A stretch of DNA of 63,879 nt, counting the filler, from Reticulomyxa filosa (Eukaryota; Protista; Foraminifera): assembly GCA_000512085.1 (NCBI GenBank). It is 18 parts of 18 records of this genome, joined end to end, with 100 filler letters (N's around TTAATTAATTAA, not from the genome) between each part and the next. Parts side by side here need not be neighbours in the genome. Positions count along the whole stretch, not along the records: positions 12,075 to 32,058 come from ASPP01009421.1; positions 32,159 to 35,547 come from ASPP01043864.1; positions 35,648 to 40,379 come from ASPP01021428.1; 15 more parts are not named here. One strand, written 5' to 3'. Positions 27,286-40,270 of this stretch are shown here, piece by piece (within the stretch, counting starts at the first letter, position 1; each line of letters begins with the position of its first letter). Made by a program: the position numbers and the translations under genes. The notes below the pieces were generated by a model, which was not told where the DNA came from, did not search any database, and saw nothing but the letters and a program-made list of their open reading frames with translations.

Positions 27286-28282
27286 CTTTTCTTCTTTTTT
27301 TTTTCCTTACTAGTATGAAATTTGACAGGTGTGATATTGACTTCGAAAAGACCTCTCCGGTTTCGACCGAACGTCTCTAATTTGGTACACCCTTGTGTGT
27401 CACACTTCTTTTTTTAAGTTTTTCCGCGTATTGTTTTTTACAGAGTGTGTAGAAATAACGAAAGACGCTGCAAGTGCAGTTAAAAGAAAGAAGAATGAGA
27501 CTACTTTGGAGAAGTTGGTCAATTTGCTTGGAAGATTAAAAAAGAAACTTTATTTTGTGGATTTAGTCGTCAAAAATCTTTTCATATCACGCATTCAAAG
27601 GTATATAAAATGGTACGAAACATTGCTCAAAATCATGAAAATATATATAAATGTATATATGAATTATATACACAAATGAAACCGTGCGAGAAGTGAGTGT
27701 ATATGGAAAAAAAAATAAAGCATTGGATGTCGAACACGAATTTAACAACACTGTGACTACCGAGGGAAACACATTGTACGCAAAGGATCAAGCGGCATTG
27801 CAATTGACGATACAGAGCAAACGACAGTGTACATTAGCGAGTCCGCATTGAAACTAGTCACACGATTGAACTTGAAAACCAAGAAAGTTTGTTTTGTTGA
27901 AAGGATATACAGTAGATTGCAAAAAAAAATTAGGTTTAAATCTTTATTTTTCATGGAGAAAATCGATTCTCTTCGTATAGTGCCATTTAGGTATTGCGGT
28001 TTTTTTTGCAATCTACTGTAGAAAGCTGAACAAAATATTTTTTTAATATCTTTTAATATCTTGTCTTTCTTCAGGAATGAGAAGATATATTGTCGTAACA
28101 AAAGCTCTTTCAACAATGTTATTAACAATTGGATTTTGTAAAAACAAAAGAAAAATAAATTAATAAATAATGCAATAACAGCAAATTTCAAACAAAAATA
28201 GCAAAATTAATTGTAAATTATTAAAATTAACAAAAAAATATTATGACAAAAAAGTTTTATATATGCTAAAAAAAATATATTA

Positions 28283-28460
28283 TATCAGACATCGAGTGAG
28301 ATAAAGTGATGGAACATCACGAGTCACTAATGCTCAGATGATCCGTATGATGCTATATCATAAGTTGGTGACTAGTTCCCTAGTCTTAGGGGACCCAAGC
28401 TAACATACAGTCATCACTTTGTCATTGTGATCATCTATCATGATTCAAGCGATGTCGATA
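28283..28460. ncRNA. Candidate structured ncRNA, possibly C/D-box
   Basis: Nested inverted repeats GACATCG/CGATGTC and GATAAAGTGATG/CATCACTTTGTC plus several small hairpins; minus strand has GTGATGA (28417-28411) and CTGA (28337-28334). Confidence 0.4.
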
Positions 28461-29082
28461 TTATTTTTTTTTTCATATTCATATCAGAAGTTCCACAAAG
28501 TGTAATAGTGATGGTTTTTTTTTTGCTGATTTTCAACAAAAAACAAAAATTAATTAAATTACAGAAAAGATAGTTTAGAGCATGCGATAGCTGCAATGAA
28601 GAAATCCTTTTTAGTACATCTTTGATTCAATTGTAGCCTTTTAAATTTCAGTTGTCTAATTTTGACAGCCATTTTCGAAAAACGCAAAATTTTCTAATAA
28701 AAAATTGTTCATCGTGGTTTTAAGCTTTTTGCATAATAAAAATATTTTTCTGCATCAATAAAAACCATAGAATTTTCTTTGCAATTAACTTCTTTAGAAA
28801 AAGGTGGACTGAGCTTTAGAAAAGAAAAGCTCAATAATTAATTATTTTATTAATTCTTTTGCACTTTGAAATTCAGATCTAATAATCTGGCGTCCCAAGC
28901 GGATCTCGAAGAAACCCAAAAAAAACAAAACAAAAAAAAAAAATTAAAAATAAAATTTACATTGGCAAATTCACCAAATTTTAATTTTTTAAATTTTTTT
29001 TTTTTTTGAAAAAAAAAAGTCGTTTCGAGTATTAGCAAAAAAAATTAGGAAAGGGAAGAGAGCCAAAAAGAAAAGTTGGAGA

Positions 29083-30914
29083 TCAAGGTTGCAACAAAGG
29101 GTCAGTAAGAGCATCAATAATTTCCAGCAAAAGCAAAAACAGATGCTCCGCGCCTCCCGGCATGCAAAAGTGACCACTCGCCATGCCTCCGTCTTCCATA
29201 GTATCGAGTGTCCGATAGAGGTTGACTTTCCCCCATTTTTTGTCGAAAAAAGAGAGCGGCGAGATATTGACAAAAACGGACCTAAACTCTGGCGGAACAG
29301 GAATGGAGTTGTAGTACCAGTAGTACCCACAATAAACAACATACAGAGGCTGATGTTTTTTTGGAGTGCAATACTTTGCCCTCCACTCCAAAACTTGTCG
29401 GTATTCGTTCCAAAAGTACTTGTCCCAATCGTAGTAGGGTTGGTTGCCCCGATTGAAGACTATCACGTCGATGTCGCTAAAAACGAGTGCATATTTATGC
29501 CTATTGTGCGACGCGTCGAGTCGATATCATAGCTTTGGTTCAACTGCACGTCATTGAAATCATTGGCTAATTTCAGTACATTCGAGCTTGTCATGCAAAA
29601 AGTTAAAAAAAAAAAAAATCAAACTTTTTAATAAACAAATTTAAAAAAAATAAATATATACATATACATATATATATATATGTATATAAATTTATTTATT
29701 TATTTAAATTTGTTTATTTAAAAAAAAAAAAATGTGTGGTTACCTGTAGGTTTCCAATCCCTTAAATAATCGCTTGTCCTGTTCGTAGTGATTGAACGAA
29801 AGTGCCACTTGGCATTGTTTTTGTGGAAATGGAGGTTGACCCAGTCGGAGCCACAATGTTCGGACTCCATTTGTTGGATGGAGTGTGTGCTTGTAACGTT
29901 GAAGCCGTAGGTCTGGAAGGCGTGTTTGTAGTAGGGGAAGGACTGGTAAAAGGAGCGCACGTCTTCGCGTCCATTCGATATTTTGGCGAGGTGCTGTTCC
30001 AATTGGTCCAACGTATAATCCGAACACGGAGTGTATACGTAGCCGGGTCCTGCTGTCTCTGTCGAAAATGCATTTGGGAACTGCAGCTGCTGCGTTTTGT
30101 GATTGTGCAGTTTCAACTCGATTTCTTTGCTTATATCCGGAACTGTGTATAATGTCATGTTCCAATGGTACAGCGAACACAGCAGCGTTGTCAACGGCTG
30201 CTTCCCATGCGAATTGCTCCATTCGAATATCGTCATGTCGCGCCGGTTGCATCCAAATAAGCAGTGGCTCGATTTTAGGTTGGAAATGTAGTGCTTCCAA
30301 TAAAGGTTGGAGCCATCTTGGAAATAATTGCGGTATACGTACTTCGCGTCCGTCGTCGACAGGTTTGGATGGAGGGAGTCCGTTAAAAAAGATAGAGTCA
30401 TATTGGAATAGTGAAACTCATTCCAAGGGTAGCACTGATACAACGCTTTTAATAACGGGCAATGATGTGTATACCATGGTGTGAAACCTGTTACAAAAGG
30501 TCTATTATTATTATTATTTGCCTTCTTCAGTTCGTGGTAATATTCGTTCCAACGATTCGGTATACTTTTTTCTGTCCATTTTGTTTTCTCTGTCCATGTT
30601 ATTGGTACCTTCCTTGCTTCCAGTATATCGTCTATACTTGCAAATTGAATATTTGACAAGATATACAATTGCAGATATTCTGCCATTGACATATTCCCCA
30701 GGCTTGACTCAATCCTTCTCGGTGTCGTATTCGACGGTACTTGGTCGGCTGTTGTGTTGTCTCCACTCTGTGGCGCTGAGTTTTCAACCAACATTTCTCG
30801 CTTCACTGTCATCATGTCAATCCCGATAAAAAACAATACTGGAATTATTGCCAATATCGCCACAAGATAATGCTTCCACGAATAGACACCGAACCATGAT
30901 GCAAGCTTATGCAT
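29083..30914 (-). CDS. Type II membrane protein, TBL/PC-esterase (SGNH) O-acyltransferase-like
   Basis: N-terminal TM anchor; IFEWSNSH (GDS-like); IVFNRG; C-terminal GHFCMPG resembling the TBL DxxHWCLPG motif; exon junction near 29500-29745 unresolved. Confidence 0.5.
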
Positions 30915-31139
30915 TGATGGGTTTCAAAAAAAAAAAAACCATTTTCCCCAGTTTGAAGCGTTTTTGGAATAAAGTTGCTATTGAAGACTTTGATTAACAT
31001 GACACCAGAATGCATTTACGATACTTTTTCTCGATGAAAAACGTATAGCCTTATTGTGATGAACACCATTACGTAAAGTTTCAAAAAAAAAAAAAGGGGG
31101 AAATACATAATATAAATATATCAATATCAATTTGTTAGG

Positions 31140-31977
31140 ATGGGCAATATAGTCTGCTCGACAAAAGCGGAAATGCATGACCAAGCGGATATAGAATCAG
31201 GAAGACAAAAAGATGATGAGAAGAGTATGAGTTCAGAAGGGGAAAAGCCAACGAAAAGGAAGAAAAAAGGGAGCACACGTAAACGTGACACGAAAAAGAA
31301 AAGCAAGAGCAAGAGCAAGAAAGAAGAAGCAAAGACAGTAACGAGTGGAATGGGATCAGAAATGAAAGTGCAGCAAGACGTGGTCATTGCACGTGAGCGT
31401 GACGACAACCGCGATCGAGGCAGCAGTAATGTCCACGGACGAATCGACGAGGAGCATAGTGAAACAGCGACGATATGTGAATCGTCAGTGCGCGAAGCGA
31501 GCGGCAAAGGTAACGAGCGTCAGCCATTGAAAGGTACGCATACTAGCAATTCAATAGCAATGTACGCAGACGTTGTGCAGCCCATTGGCAACGGAACGAA
31601 TGGAGGTCGACGACGAACGTTGTCGCTACGTGGCCGCCCAAATCCCCCTTTGCCAAGGGTGTTGATTATTCAAAATGATAACATTGTCCCTTTTCAATCG
31701 ATCGGAGCGGCGTTGACGGCACATCGGATTGCATACCAAGTTATCTATGCTTTCCACGATAACGCACTTGAAAACCTGTCTCCGACAATGTACGAAGCCA
31801 TTGTCGTGATCGGCGCTAATCCTTGTCCGTCGGACGACGATGTGTTCCTTTGGCTCAAATCCGAAAGAGACTTTCTTCAGCAGGCCGTCTTCGAAGGCGT
31901 CCCAATGTTGGCCATTGGCTTGGGCTGTCAGCTTGTGGCGGAGTCTATTGGAGGTCGCGTGTTTCATGCAAATAAAG
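31140..31977 (+). CDS. Class I glutamine amidotransferase-like domain with long charged N-terminus; 3'-truncated
   Basis: RVLIIQN..AIVVIGA..WLKSERDFLQQAVFEGVPMLAIGLGCQLVAESIGGRV; MGNIVC acylation-type start. Confidence 0.75.
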
Positions 31978-33067
31978 GTAGAATTATATATTTATATATG
32001 TATATGTATATATGTGTATATGTATATATGTATGTATATATATTTTTTTATTTTTTTTNNNNNNNNNNNNNNNNNNNNNNNNNNNNNNNNNNNNNNNNNN
32101 NNTTAATTAATTAANNNNNNNNNNNNNNNNNNNNNNNNNNNNNNNNNNNNNNNNNNNNCAAGGAGAAACACATGGGGAGGACACAATTCGAGTATGATAA
32201 ATAATTTCAATCCATCACAACAGTCCCCCACTCCTCCAAAACTCGACCCAGCCTGGCAGTATGCCTTTTTATTCTTATTTTGGTTGAAAGACATGACAAT
32301 TGTCAGTATACAAGTTGATCTTTTTCTGGCCACTAAAAACCGGTCTGCTGGGGAAACAAGTCCAATGCACAAAGAAGAACCACAATTTCCTGGTGATTTG
32401 TTTTATTTTATTTTTTGTTTTTTTTGAGAGGTTTTTATTTTTGGTTTTCTTGGTGTTTTTTTATATCCTTCTTTCCCATTTTACTGATGGTGAATTTTGT
32501 CAGTTTTAATGTGTATTACTACTTCTTTTAAGGTTTAGTTTCGTGTGGAGAAAACGCGTGGTTTTTGGAAATAATAGTGGTTCGTACTTTTGTTTTGGGG
32601 ATGGTTGTTTGGGTTGATTATTTTTAATTTTTTTTACCTTTTTTTTTTTTGCATTCGGCTATTTGTTTCTCCTTTAGTTGCAAAGTATCATTTTTTTGCA
32701 TTACTGAATTTCCTCTGGTAAGTCTTTGGTTGTACACATTTGAAATTTAGTTGACTGTTCACAAAAAAAAGGAGAGATTTTTATGCTTCTTATTTGAATA
32801 ATTTTGGTGAAAAATTATAAAAAACGTTCTTTTTGCTGTAGTCATGTTATTTTGTTACAAAGTATAGGTCATTGTTCAGATAATATTCAACATACAAAAC
32901 TGGCTGTGCTAGGCAACAATAAAGGTATTTTACAAGATGTCCAAAATTTTGGTTACAAAAAATAAATGTTTCGAGAATTGAAAATATGTAAGGAAATGTT
33001 TTTTACAAATTTTAATTAATAAATTTGAAAAAAATATATCCAAAATAAAATTTAAAAGTTTTTGCAT

Positions 33068-34893
33068 TTATTCAGGTAGTTCCCAATATTTGCTGAAATC
33101 ATTGGCAACTTTGCCTGCGGTAGTATTAGTGTTTGTTTCCATACACCGCAAGATCTTGTAATACAAATGCAATCGACCTCGTACGTTGAGATACTCTCGC
33201 AAAATGATTTGAACTTCACAAATCATTTTCCAATATTTGTTGGCTGCCTTTTCCAGATCGTCACTTTGGTGTTTGTGTTTTTCTTTTTGTCGATCTAGTT
33301 TTCCATAGGTTTCATAATCAAACACGAGATTGATTAAAATCGAGCGATAATGTAATACATCTTCACCTTTTACTTTAGGATCAAATCCATTTTTAACGCG
33401 TGCAACCTTTCCATCGAATTGCTTCATGATTTTGTTGAACAATTCAACACACTCGGATTCATTTTCAACAATCAGTGCAACTCTCACCCAATCCTTCACC
33501 GAAGTAATTCCAGGGACAATATCATATTCTCTCGCTTTGACTGACGCTCTTCCGATGGTCTTCACTGGTCCATATTGTATTCCTTGGCGAATTATCTGTT
33601 ATTTCAAATGGTAAAAAAAATAAATTATACGTGTATACAAATATGTACATATACGTTTATAATGACAAACATCCTCCTCACTATTTAACGTCTTCTCTAG
33701 CCAATTCAGTCTGGGTTTTGTTATCGTCTTTGTCATCTTTCTTGTCAGTATCGTTCACACGAACACTCTTAATAACATCCACGAAGAGATCAGTCATGAC
33801 CTCGTCAAAAATGGGTGCCAGCCGATTGGCCATTTGAAAAAAGAGTTCAGTAATCGTGGTATCTTTCGTCAGCGGAGTGGTATACACAACGTGTTCCGTT
33901 TTTTTTGTGGTCGGGTTGTACATATCAACCGACGATACAAACTGACTTTTTTCCAGCAATGCAAAGTCTAATCCCATTTTTCGGAACATAGCTTTTGCCA
34001 ATTCATGTCTTTCTGGAAGTAATATAAACGTAGCTGATGGTTCAACAGCCCTTTTATTTTATGTACACATTTATGTTTATATGTACAAAGGGAGGGGTTC
34101 TCTGCCAAAGGGGGGGAGGGGGAAGGGGGGGAAAAAAAAAAAAAAAAGAAATTTCAAAAAATTAAAAGGAGAAGAATCCTCGAATGTTACACCATTTCCT
34201 CATGTCGTCAGCCCATCCCATCTCAAATAAAGAAGCCTGGGTTTTCAATTTGAGCTGTTCGTTGTTACATTTCAAATGCAACAAAGGACTATCCTTTTTC
34301 AACAAATGAGTTTCGTAAAAGTCTTTCAAAGGCTTGGCAATTTCATGCGCAATTTCGTGGGCGACAATACGAACATTCTTTTCATTGGGCTCGGGCCCCC
34401 AAATCAAGCTGCTGTTGGTGCGCTGCGGCTTGAAATGCTCGTAGTTTACCGACAGCAATGCACTCAAGTAGCGCTTCACGGGTTCGTTTTCTTCGTCAGA
34501 TAAGCGCTCTCTGTATTCTTTCAATATCCATTGAATCACCGGAATCGTGTTTGGGTTCAATTCTTTGAACATACCCGAACTCGACATATAGGGGTTGGAC
34601 CAGTAAAATAATAACGATGGGTGTACGTAGATTGGGAATTGTTTGTGGTCACTTTTCACGTGGTCGTCGATCATTCGACTAAATTCATTGCCTATTGCGG
34701 TTAACAATTCTCTGCGCTTGGCCACCACTGGGGTGTCCCCAAAGTATACACCCAGCTGTTGCATGTGCGTTTGCGTCAGTGTCTTTGGGATTTTTGTTAG
34801 GTCTTTCAACATCTCGTCCACTAGATCGGGCACTATTTTCGTCTCCACGATCTTGTCGGGACTTATGTCTGACGATGTCTTGTCCGAAGACAT
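33068..34893 (-). CDS. Protein with C-terminal RelA/SpoT-like nucleotidyltransferase domain
   Basis: Introns 34051-34192 and 33596-33689 give one frame; GPVK..R..K, DWVR, RVKNGF..YRSILIN, EVQI, HLYYKILR. Confidence 0.75.
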
Positions 34894-35203
34894 TGTGTTT
34901 GGTCTTCTTTTATTTACTGCTTTTTTTTTTTAAGGGGGGGGTGGAGGGAGAGTCTTGAACGGAATAGAAATTTGCCATCAACTAAAGACCGGTCTTTTTC
35001 TCTCTCTCTTTCCCCCTTGTGTAGGTTAAAAATTGTATAACACATTTTTGAATGCTGAAAGTATGCTTGAAATTAATTGTGCGTGTGCAAAGTTTTAAGA
35101 TATTTTTGTGGGCCAATATTGGGAGTGGGGTTTGATGCACTAATTGGGAGAAGAAAAAAAGAGTTAGCTACACAACAATAAAAACAAATAAATCCAAAAA
35201 GCT

Positions 35204-35527
35204 CTAGGAAGATTTGTTTTTGTGTTTGCTAACAGTTTCGCGGAAGTTTTTAATAGCTTCCAAGCGCTTACGCTGTGCCTCTTCCTTTCGACTGAGGGAA
35301 GAGCTACGATCGTTCCCATTGCTGTCGGAGGGAGAAGAGCGAAGAGGGGCCCATTTGACCCAAGCCACGAGTACAACAATACCAGTGAGCAAAGGTGTCA
35401 ATTCATTTCGATATTCGCTGGGAATAAATCCGAAAGCCAACGGAGCCAACGTGCGACACAAATTGGACGACCCATCAAGTACCCCCATATACAGTTGAAC
35501 TGAATCTTCATGACCAATCTGCAACAC
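35204..35527 (-). CDS. MFS-type transporter, last exon only
   Basis: LYMGVLDGSSNLCRTLAPLAFG TM11-like motif followed by a final TM. Confidence 0.45.
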   Translation of the reverse strand: MLQIGHEDSVQLYMGVLDGSSNLCRTLAPLAFGFIPSEYRNELTPLLTGIVVLVAWVKWAPLRSSPSDSNGNDRSSSLSRKEEAQRKRLEAIKNFRETVSKHKNKSS

Positions 35528-37258
35528 AATTCCAAAAAAAAAAAAAANNNNNNNNNNNNNNNNNNNNNNNNNNNNNNNNNNNNNNNNNNNNTTAATTAAT
35601 TAANNNNNNNNNNNNNNNNNNNNNNNNNNNNNNNNNNNNNNNNNNNNTTTATATAATATTCAAAAAACAGAAGCCAAATACCAAGAAGACGAAATTATTC
35701 ATATTCATGCAATTGTTTGCTTCAACTTGGATTCTATTGAAAATGAAATAAATATGCGATAAAGATCACTGAAATCAATCACAATATGATACATCATTGG
35801 AGAACAATTGGACTTACATTCAGATCATCTTCCAATTATATCAAAGTCACTGATCATTCAAGAAATTAATAAACAAAGAATTGAAATCTTGAATTTAAGA
35901 AGTGACAAACTGAATTTGTATTGACATATACTATGAATGAAATTGGAAAATTAGAAAAAAGAATTTACAATGATTAACCAAGATAATCAACAATTATTAT
36001 ATTTTGCTGTGGAATCTTGGACTAATTTGTGACTGAATCAGCAAAGCAAAGTATTGGAATAATGACTAATTGGAAAAGAAACAAACACTGTTGGAGTGAT
36101 TCACTTCACATGAAAAGAATTTTTTCTTTTTGAAGATTGCTTAGATTTCAGAGATATGTTACGTTTCCAAGTTAAACAAAACAAAAAATTGAACAAGAAA
36201 AGAAGCACCTCGTTAACACTTTAACATAGTACTTCATACGTTCCAAATTTGTTTTGTCGTTATCATTCGTTGATTATTCATCCTTTATTTTACATTCGAT
36301 CTCTCTATTTCCAACCCCTCAATTCCAAAACAATTTCACTACATACAAAATGCTCATAACAATATTTCGTCATCATTCAACCCAATTCTTCCTTTATGAT
36401 TGAATACAAAGCGTTTAAAGAACCAAAACATCTCGAAGGCTCGTCCTCCAAAACTACAAAATTAACACATGTCAAAAGATTGGATTTTGTCAAACTCATT
36501 TCCTAGCTAGTCTCTTATAATTATTGCGATAAATAAAGTTGCGAAAAAATTTTGAATGAACAGTAGCATAGTTTCTCACGTTATGCAAGTTTCAATTGAA
36601 AAGTACTTATATCATTATTCGGTATCAACATCTATATTTTTGATGTGGAAATAATAGAAAGGATAGAGGTAAGAATAACCAAGGGGGACAAAAGGTGCAT
36701 TGAAAAAGGATTGCGATTTGGATGATCGTCCATACAATTGCAAATGCCACATGAATGCACTTGGGTCATTGACAGTCGAGTTGTCGCTTTTGCTATCCCA
36801 TTCTTGGTCATGGTATTCGGTCAAGTCACAGTCGAGAGAATTGGCCTCGGGAAGATGAGCGACACACCGCCGTCCTGCAGCGATTCGGCTGGATTCTTTG
36901 TGCGTTTGAGTCAATATTTTAATTGAAAAAACTTATTTTTGTTCAAAAACTTTTATACTTTGTACTGTTGGAAATCAAATTTGTATCTATAAAGACATAA
37001 TTCCTTGGAAAGTATTTTCTTCTAAAAAAAAAATTCAAAAACTAATTTTTGGTTTGCTTTTTTTTTATTGAATCATCAAAAATATGGATTTTGAGGAATG
37101 GAACAAAAGTTATCAAGGTTAAAAACCTTTTCAACATCAACAAAGTAATTGTGTTCCCAATCAATTAACTTTTGATTGGATGTAATTGAGATCATTTAAT
37201 TTTCTTTTTAAAAATTTTATTATGTTTTGATGTTTATGTTGATGCGTTTTGCATTTGA

Positions 37259-38218
37259 TTAAACGTCGCTAGGACTTCGATGCAATTTATTTTCAGGCTC
37301 TTTCATTTCGACATCTTCGTCTTTGTGTTCCCGTGGAGCCTCTCGTGAAATTTCTCGTGTGCCGTCTTTATCGACAATTTTCACGACAAATTTTTTCATG
37401 TTAATTAAGAAACGATTGTTCAATTGCTTTATACACATGTCAACTAATTTTAATCCATCTTCTAAGTTCATGTCTTTTTTCCAATGTCTGTCAAATAAAC
37501 TGAGCAAAAAAAAAAAAAATTTTTAATTTTTTTTCAACTACTAAAAAAAAAAAGTTGAACCTTAAAAGAAAGAATGCACAATAGCCATGTGCTGCTTTGT
37601 CTACTTTTTGCAAACTGGCTAAATAATCAATGTAATAAAGACATGGTCCTGCCTTTGCATCGTATCCTGCTTGCAATAAGTTCACCATATAAGGACTGCT
37701 TCTCAAAGCAGTCGCCAATTCGTTTCTATTTTTTTATTTTTAAAAAAATAAGTTTGTTCTTGTTTATTATTGTTCGTTATTTCAATAGTACTATTCATAT
37801 TTATTTCTTTTGTCCTGAGCTTCACATACCCCCTTCTCCCAAAAAAGGACTCACCTTGTGAAATGGGCAATGGCATGATTTGACAACTTTCGACCATTTC
37901 GCATTTCATACCATTTCAAGTTTCTTTGAATGTATTCTGAAAAATTATTTCTGTATTTGTTTGCCCATATTTCAATTAAAAAAATTAATTCAAATACTTT
38001 CCCAATTAAGATATTGTTTTGTTTTCTGGTGTATTGTGTGATTCCCCTTTTTTTTCTTGCCTGTCTGAAACTTCTCCAGCTAATGCAAACAAAGTGTGCG
38101 AACTAACAGCCGCGATTTTATCTTCGAATTGCTTCATTACCACAATCGAACGTGGAACTGCACAATCACACACAACCAAAGCATAATCTTTACCGACAAA
38201 TCCAAAAGCAGCGTCCAT
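37259..38218 (-). CDS. PSMB2: 20S proteasome subunit beta type-2 (beta4)
   Basis: [29 protein letters not shown]|[35 protein letters not shown]; introns 37951-38060 (GC-AG), 37726-37854, 37500-37560. Confidence 0.95.
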
Positions 38219-38601
38219 ATTGTCCAATGAATGATGTTATATCGAATAACTAAAAAAAACCAATAAAAAATTCTCTCGTCTCCTTCCTTTCAGTTCTGAC
38301 AGTATATTTGTAATTGATCAAACACTGTGTTGATTTAACGGTGTTCTTTTTACAAAAAAACATATCTATTTGCATAATATCGTTTACACGGGAATATTTA
38401 TTATTATTCAACGCATTTTTTCATTGGAGCTTTCGAGAAAGAGTAAAGATCAGAGTGTTGTGAATAACTAACATTTTTCTTTCTGACATTTTTTAAATAC
38501 GTACAACAAAAGATAAAAATTGTGAGTATAAGCTTGTAATGATTAAAAAAAAGCACTTGCAACATCCTCTCTCTATAAAGATGATTGAAAAGTAAATAAT
38601 G

Positions 38602-40270
38602 TTAAATAGCAAGTGGAGCGTAATGTCTCTCCGCGACTTTTTGCAGTCTTGACACGTGTTTGGTATGTTGTTTCAATGGCCGATGATGACTGACACATTC
38701 GGCCGGATCGTTAATAAGATTGTAGTGACTCTTTCGATGTCTCGCCAAGCGAATTGTCGGCGAGTTTGGAAGCGAACTTTGGCAAGTGAGGTTGTCAAGT
38801 TTCTGGGCCGATTGATTCCATTCATATACCTCCACATTGACTTGATAAAGTTGCCTTAGTGCATTAATGTCCACATCATCGCCCCACTCATAGGGCTGCA
38901 ATTTTTTTGAAGGGTGCATTCCCAGTCAGTCAATATAAAGTCTTGGAAGAACTCTTTGTTCTGTCGCTAATCTCAAATTCAATTTTTTTTTTTTTTTTTT
39001 TTTTAATACAAATCACATTTCAACTTTTTTTGCAAAGAGCAGGATGGAGGGAGAGAAAGAGGAAAAAAAAGAGGAAGCTGCTTACCATATAACTAATGCA
39101 TTCTTGACGTACTTTCATGTGCAAGTTTTGATCGCCGTAGATTTCATGTGCAAAGCAGCGATATAAGCAATTGCCGTCACCTTTGATTAAAATGAGTTCA
39201 AAGTCTTTTTCATTGAGGGCCTTAGTGAAAGCATCCATTTCTTTTTTGATTTCCAACTCTCTCGCGTCTGGCTCCAGACCACTTCCCAGTGGCCGAATGC
39301 TGTCACCATGTTTGGAGAGCAGCAAAGTGTCGTCAAAAACAGACGAGCGTCCGTCGTAATGGACTCGTATGTGTATCGTGTCATTTTCTAACACAACAGC
39401 AGGTCTCCAATATTTGTTTACTTTGTCCCAAACCTCAATCCAATCGCCAACACTGAATGTGTGCATCTCTTCTTTTTTTGTTTCTCTATCATGTCCACAC
39501 AACAAATACATCAAGTTGATTTTTTGTTTTATTTAAAAAGACGACATTCCCTTCTTATGCAGAGACGTGGTGTGGCCCACCTTGTTGATCTTTCGCAGTA
39601 TTAGACGTGATTTCATCTGCGAATGATGGTTCGTCCTCTGCTCCTTGCGTGGCCTTGCTGCATTTGCGCGGTTTACACTGGGATTGTGTCGATTTCGACA
39701 TCAGGTCCGCAATGCATTGAGGATCGTCCAAATGTGCCCAATAATACTGACAACCCTCGGTACCACCATCGTCGTACGTGAGATACACTTGTCCCGAGCT
39801 TTTGTCCAACTCTTTAATCTGTCCAACGACCCATCCCGGATGTCGCCGTTGCGGATTCAAATCCACAAAGTCGTCTTTTTTTAGACTTGTAAAGCGATGT
39901 GCCGGCCGTTTCGATATACTCATCGCCGGCGCAAATTGGTCGAGATGGTCGTGATAGTCAATCCAAATATGGTGTTGTACAACATGCAAATTAAAACTGC
40001 TTGAATTTTTATTTATTATTCTTGCGTGGTACCATCTCCCGAGTGAATCCCTTTGTTGTGTTCAATGTGACCAATACACATATATACATATACATATATG
40101 TATGTATATGTATATGTATATAAATCCAAACGAGACTGATAGTCAACAAAATCGCCAATATTCAGAGATTGAGCCTGAGAAAGGGTAATATGGCTGGGGA
40201 AGTCCGGTTCATATTTTATCTCGGTCGATATTGTCTTTGAATTTAAGGTGTTATCATGGCGGTTCGTTGT
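38602..40270 (-). CDS. OTU deubiquitinase (OTUD5-like catalytic domain) with tandem Tudor/Agenet-like modules; 5'-truncated
   Basis: KGDGNCLYRCFAHEIYGDQ, EWGDDVDINAL, SHYN; upstream GDFVDYQDSLGRWYHARI and VGDWIEVWD..WRPAVV..RVHYDG. Confidence 0.85.

Noticed and set aside
28360-28400. Telomerase template, hammerhead or RNase MRP within the structured element
   Set aside because: No repeated template, no CUGAUGA..GAAA core and no GAAAGUCCCC P4 motif.
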